Part shown: one piece after another, positions 60,473 to 64,000 of the stretch
How positions within the stretch are numbered: the first letter of the stretch is position 1
How the letters are laid out: each line of letters opens with the position of its first letter
NCBI GenBank assembly: GCA_036505815.1
Contig: DASXSX010000006.1
Coordinates: 9,274 to 73,273, forward strand
Length of the DNA stretch: 64,000 nt
Direction: 5' to 3'
Source: Thermoanaerobaculia bacterium
GTDB lineage: Bacteria; Acidobacteriota; Thermoanaerobaculia; UBA5066; Gp7-AA6
Made by a program: the position numbers and the translations under genes
The notes under the pieces: model-generated
Databases searched by the model: none
What the model was told of the DNA's origin: nothing
The model's input: the letters and a program-made list of their open reading frames with translations, nothing else

Positions 60473-61426
60473 CTATTCGCTCTCCCTCCCGGGCAGAGGG
60501 CGAGAGGTGCGCTCCCGCACCAGGAACCCTTTTCTCGCGCGCGCGGCATCGAGTGTCCGCCAGAGGTATTCGCCGAGCACGCCCAAGGAAAGGAGCTGGA
60601 CGCCGGAGAAGAAGGCGAGCGCGACCATCAAGGACGTCCACCCCTGAATGGGCTGGTCGCGGAAGACCTTGAGCGCGATCAGAAGGGCAGCGTAGGCGAA
60701 GGCGGCCATCGCGAAGATCGCACCCAGTGCCGACATCCAGCGCAGAGGCACGTAGGAAAACGAGATCACCGAATCGAGAAAGAACTTCACCTTCTTCGCC
60801 GGGGTCCAGCGCGAGCGTCCCTCTCCGCGGGCCACGCGCTCGTAGGGGACGAGCCTCACGGGAAAGCCACCCCAGAGGATGAGACCCGGCAGAGACGTGT
60901 GGACCTCGCGGCTCCCGGCCAGGAACTCGATGGCCGGCCGGCCCACGAGGAAACAGTCGAAGCCGCCGGACGGCATCGACTCGATGGCGAGTCGCTTCAG
61001 CGTGCGGTAATAGAGGCTCGCAGCGGCTCGCGTCGGCCACGGCTCGGGCCGCGCCGTCCGGACGGCGAGGACCGCGGTCGCCCCGTCCCGCCACGCCGCG
61101 ACCATGCGGGGCAGGAGCTCCGGCGGTTCCTGGAGATCCGCCGACAGAACGGCGGCGGCTTCGCCGGTCGCCTCCTGCAGGCCCGCGAGGATTGCCATTT
61201 GCGATCCGAAATTGCGGGTCAGGCGAACTCCGTGCGCGGCGGGCCAGTCCATTGCGATCATCTGGATTCGCGCCCACGAAGCATCCTCGGAACCGTCGTC
61301 CACGAAGATCGCCTCCAGCTCGAAGTCGCCGCTCTCACCGATCTCGCGAAGCCGCTCGGCGAGGGACAAGAGCGTCGCCGCGTTGAAATAAACGGGGACG
61401 ACGACGGAAATTCGCTCGCCGCTCAT
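60473..61426 (-). CDS. GT2-family polyprenyl-phosphate sugar transferase (ArnC/GtrB/DPM1-like) with two C-terminal TM helices.
   Basis: ISVVVPVYFNAATL...FVDDGSED... (DXD-type), with a C-terminal TM pair. ATG at 61426 overlaps the upstream stop (ATGA). The ORF-track N-terminus is a read-through. Confidence 0.75.
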   Translation of the reverse strand: MSGERISVVVPVYFNAATLLSLAERLREIGESGDFELEAIFVDDGSEDASWARIQMIAMDWPAAHGVRLTRNFGSQMAILAGLQEATGEAAAVLSADLQEPPELLPRMVAAWRDGATAVLAVRTARPEPWPTRAAASLYYRTLKRLAIESMPSGGFDCFLVGRPAIEFLAGSREVHTSLPGLILWGGFPVRLVPYERVARGEGRSRWTPAKKVKFFLDSVISFSYVPLRWMSALGAIFAMAAFAYAALLIALKVFRDQPIQGWTSLMVALAFFSGVQLLSLGVLGEYLWRTLDAARARKGFLVRERTSRPLPGRESE

Positions 61427-62559
61427 TTCTCGTTCTCGAAGAACTCCCGGACGCCCGAGACGACCGCGTCGACCTGCGCGTCCGACAGGGTCGGGTACAT
61501 CGGAAGAGACAGCACGGTCTCGCAGGCCTCCTCCGAGACGGGAAAGTCGCCGCGCCGGTGTCCGAGAAAAGCGTAAGCGGGCTGGAGGTGGAGCGGAACG
61601 GGATAGTGGATCGCCGTCTCGACGCCGCGCGAGGAGAGATATCGGCCGAGCGCATCGCGCCCCGTCGTCCGAACCGTGTAGAGGTGCGGGGCAGGGATCG
61701 AACCGGCACGTCGCCCGAGGAGCGTCAGCGGCAGGCCGGCAAACGCGTCGTCGTACCTCTTCGCGATCTCGCGCCGCCTCGCGTTGTCCGATTCGAGCAA
61801 CGGGAGCTTGGCGCGCAGCACCGCGGCCTGCAGCTCGTCCATTCGCGAGTTGCGCCCTTCGACTTCCGAGAAGTCCCTCCGGCTCCATCCGTACTGTCGC
61901 AGCCGCTCGATTCGCCCGGCGAGCTGCCGATCGTCGGTGGCGACCCCGCCGGCGTCGCCGTAAGCGCCGAGGTTCTTGGTGGGATAGAAGGAGAAGGCCG
62001 CGACGGTTCCGAACGAGCCGGCTTTCGCGCCGTTTATGGACGCTCCGAGGCTCTGCGCGCAGTCCTCGACGAAGATCCGCCCGGTCTCGCGGGCGAGCGC
62101 GCGAAGTCCTTCGACGTCGGCGAGGCCTCCGTACAGGTGAACCGCGAGGAGGAACCGCACGCGGGGCGCCGCGGCGCGCTCTGCCTCCGGGCGGCCGAGC
62201 GTCAGGGTGTCGCGGTCGACGTCGGCGAGCCTCGGCTTCGCCCCGGCGAGGCGCACGCCGGCGGCGACCGGCACGCAGGCGTTCGCGGGAAGGAGGACTT
62301 CGTCGTCGGGCCCCGCGCCGGCGGCGAGGAGCGCGAGCGCGATCGCGTCGGTTCCGCTCGCGCAGCCGACCACGCGGGCGACGCCGAGAGAGAGGGCCAA
62401 CTCGCGCTCGAAGGCGGCGACCTCCTCCCCGAGAATGAACCGGCCGCCCGCGAGCACGCGCGAGATCGCGGAGTCGATCGCGCCCCGACGTTTCCGGTAG
62501 TCGTCGTCGAGCGATCCGAAGGGAACGCGCGCGGGCGCCGAAGCGGCCGTTTCCCTCAA
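61423..62559 (-). CDS. Second DegT/DnrJ/EryC1-family sugar aminotransferase.
   Basis: ...GCASGTDAIALAL...SFYPTKNLGAYGDAGGV.... TTG at 62559 overlaps the acetyltransferase stop (TTGA). An alternative ATG lies at 62622. Confidence 0.75.
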   Translation of the reverse strand: MRETAASAPARVPFGSLDDDYRKRRGAIDSAISRVLAGGRFILGEEVAAFERELALSLGVARVVGCASGTDAIALALLAAGAGPDDEVLLPANACVPVAAGVRLAGAKPRLADVDRDTLTLGRPEAERAAAPRVRFLLAVHLYGGLADVEGLRALARETGRIFVEDCAQSLGASINGAKAGSFGTVAAFSFYPTKNLGAYGDAGGVATDDRQLAGRIERLRQYGWSRRDFSEVEGRNSRMDELQAAVLRAKLPLLESDNARRREIAKRYDDAFAGLPLTLLGRRAGSIPAPHLYTVRTTGRDALGRYLSSRGVETAIHYPVPLHLQPAYAFLGHRRGDFPVSEEACETVLSLPMYPTLSDAQVDAVVSGVREFFENEK

Positions 62560-63122
62560 GAGGCCGGGGTCTCCGCGATCGACCCGTCCGGCTGCATCTC
62601 GTAGCGGCGGCCGCACGAGCATTCCGCCTTGCGGTCGTTGAAACGGAGACTTTCGGCGCAGCGGCACACGTGCCCGTGCACTCGCGCGGGGCTCCCGTAG
62701 ACGAGCGCGAAGTCCGGGACGTCGCGGGTCACGAGAGCTCCCGCCCCGATCATCGCCCATCGCCCGACCGAGATGCCCGGAAGGACGATCACGCCGGAGC
62801 CCAGGCTCGCTCCGGTTCGAATCCGGGTCCGCGGATACGTTTCGGGCCGCCGGCCGCTCCGGGGCCGCGGGTCGTTCGAGAAGGAGACGTCCGGCCCGAC
62901 GAAGACGTCGTCTTCCAGCACGATCCCGTCGTAAATGGAGACGCCGCACTTGACGGTCACCCGGTCGCCGATGACCACGTCGTTCTCCACGAAGCAACGG
63001 TCGCAGATGTTGCAGTCGCGGCCGATCGTCGCGCCCGCGAGCACGTTGACGTGAGCCCAGATTCGGGTCCCTTCTCCGATGCGGGAAGTCGCGACGAGCG
63101 CGGTCGGATGGATCGTGGTCAT
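62556..63122 (-). CDS. Hexapeptide-repeat (left-handed beta-helix) sugar N-acetyltransferase (PglD/WbpD/WlbB-like) with a Cys-rich C-terminal tail.
   Basis: Hexapeptide repeats (IGRDCNICDRCFVENDVVIGDRVTVKCGVSIYDG...). The tail HVCRCAESLRFNDRKAECSCG suggests a Zn ribbon. Confidence 0.75.
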   Translation of the reverse strand: MTTIHPTALVATSRIGEGTRIWAHVNVLAGATIGRDCNICDRCFVENDVVIGDRVTVKCGVSIYDGIVLEDDVFVGPDVSFSNDPRPRSGRRPETYPRTRIRTGASLGSGVIVLPGISVGRWAMIGAGALVTRDVPDFALVYGSPARVHGHVCRCAESLRFNDRKAECSCGRRYEMQPDGSIAETPAS

Positions 63123-63160
63123 CGGGTCGATACGGCTGAGCTTAACCGAACGTCATCCGC

Positions 63161-64000
63161 TCAGAAGTAGTCCGCGCGGCGGTCCTGGTAGAACTCGACG
63201 GTCCGGGCGAGCCCGTCGCGCAGGTCCACCCGAGGCCCCCACCCGGCGAGCCTTCGGATCTTCGAGATGTCCGAGACGAAATCGCCGGGCTCCTGCGCTT
63301 TCCTCTCCGGCGTGAAGTCGGTGAAGACGAGCTCCGTTGCCGGAACGAGATCGCGGAGGATCTCGGCCACTTCGAGAAACGTCGACGGCCGGTCGTTTCC
63401 GACGTTGACAATCTCGCCGACCATGGAAGGCTCGCACGCCGCAGCAACGAGCGCCTCGACGCAGTCGTCTACGTACAGGAAGTCGCGCAGGATCCGGCCG
63501 GTGCCGAAGATCGGGATCGGCTCCCCGGCGAGCGCGAGCCGGACGAACCAGTTCACGACCCCGAAGTGCGAGTGCTTCATCTGTCCGCGCGGACCGTAGA
63601 CGTTCGTGAGCCGCAGCGGCACCGTACGGATCCCGTGGATGCGGGTGTACGTCCGGCAGATCATCTCCGCGGAAAGTTGCGAGATCTCGTAGATGCCGCG
63701 CGGGTCGGCCGGCGTTTCCTCAGAGACCGGAAGCCTGACGGCCGGTCCGTACTGACCGCGCGTACCGGAGCGCACGATGAGCGCTCCCGGATTCCGCTTC
63801 CGGCACGCTTCCAGGACCGCCGCCGTGCCCTTGATGTTGATGTCGATGTCGGGGTACGGATTCGAGAGGGACAGCACGTGCGAGACCTGCGCCGCGAGGT
63901 GAAAGACGACGTCCCGCCCCTCGACGAGGCGCGCCATCTCGTCCTCGTCCCGGACGTCGGAGACGTGGACTTCGAGCTCGCTTTGGACGTCTCGGACGTT
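63161..64000 (-). CDS. NAD-dependent epimerase/dehydratase (extended SDR; UDP-sugar 4-epimerase / 4,6-dehydratase-like). It is 5'-truncated by the window edge.
   Basis: ...VFHLAAQVSH...YGP...YEISQL(S)AE... catalytic YxxxK region. The reading frame stays open upstream of the listed Met (…VHVSDVRDEDEMARLVEG…) out to position 64000. Confidence 0.75.
   Translation of the reverse strand, partial: NVRDVQSELEVHVSDVRDEDEMARLVEGRDVVFHLAAQVSHVLSLSNPYPDIDINIKGTAAVLEACRKRNPGALIVRSGTRGQYGPAVRLPVSEETPADPRGIYEISQLSAEMICRTYTRIHGIRTVPLRLTNVYGPRGQMKHSHFGVVNWFVRLALAGEPIPIFGTGRILRDFLYVDDCVEALVAAACEPSMVGEIVNVGNDRPSTFLEVAEILRDLVPATELVFTDFTPERKAQEPGDFVSDISKIRRLAGWGPRVDLRDGLARTVEFYQDRRADYF

Overview
This is a high-GC (~68-70%) bacterial chromosomal window, gene-dense on both strands. 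Its content (MglA-type GTPase, Asp-box beta-propellers, many GTG/TTG starts) is compatible with Acidobacteria or Gemmatimonadetes-like soil bacteria, but that is an inference. I found about 60 supportable CDSs and no rRNA, tRNA, CRISPR array or transposase/integrase. Many antisense or overlapping ORFs in the six-frame track have Arg/Ala/Pro-rich translations; I treat these as high-GC artefacts.

Core housekeeping genes:
- a type-I-beta DAHP synthase, carA, a split-off carB, and aroC
- a UvrD-family helicase
- a LeuB/tartrate-dehydrogenase-family enzyme
- the conserved phoH / 7TM-HD (PgpH-like) / ybeY / CNNM-CBS / era operon
- pyrR-pyrB-pyrC followed by a secreted glycoside-hydrolase-like protein and an IMPase
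- corA-rsmA-rnj-uppP
- pfkA, arsC, ftsK and fmt-rsmB

Accessory and envelope content:
- an FtsX/LolE-like permease with no ATPase partner and a 14-blade Asp-box propeller, both sitting between carA and carB
- an O-antigen-ligase-family protein
- an FHA protein followed by two tandem paralogous GT-C (ArnT/PMT-like) glycosyltransferases
- a BrnT/BrnA toxin-antitoxin pair
- an MglA-like GTPase fused to a long acidic linker and coiled-coil
- a MEMO1-family protein coupled to a tandem UspA
- a triple Big_2 lipoprotein, NRAMP (mntH) and L-lysine 6-aminotransferase next to a GAF-GGDEF cyclase
- a sensor HK / OmpR RR / CpxP-like module directly upstream of an amino-sugar locus (two DegT aminotransferases, an ArnC-like GT2, a hexapeptide acetyltransferase and an epimerase/dehydratase)

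The most unusual non-coding signal is an exact 24-nt motif, GTGGCAAGTGGAGACCTGACCCTC. It occurs as a 27-nt-period tandem pair immediately upstream of the helicase start and again as a single copy in the divergent mntH promoter region. A GGGACAC heptamer microsatellite also recurs at two unrelated gene 3' ends. Non-ATG start codons and 4-nt start/stop overlaps (GTGA, ATGA, TTGA) are pervasive.

Coordinates of starts I re-derived from the sequence are frame-consistent with the ORF track but may be off by 1-2 nt.
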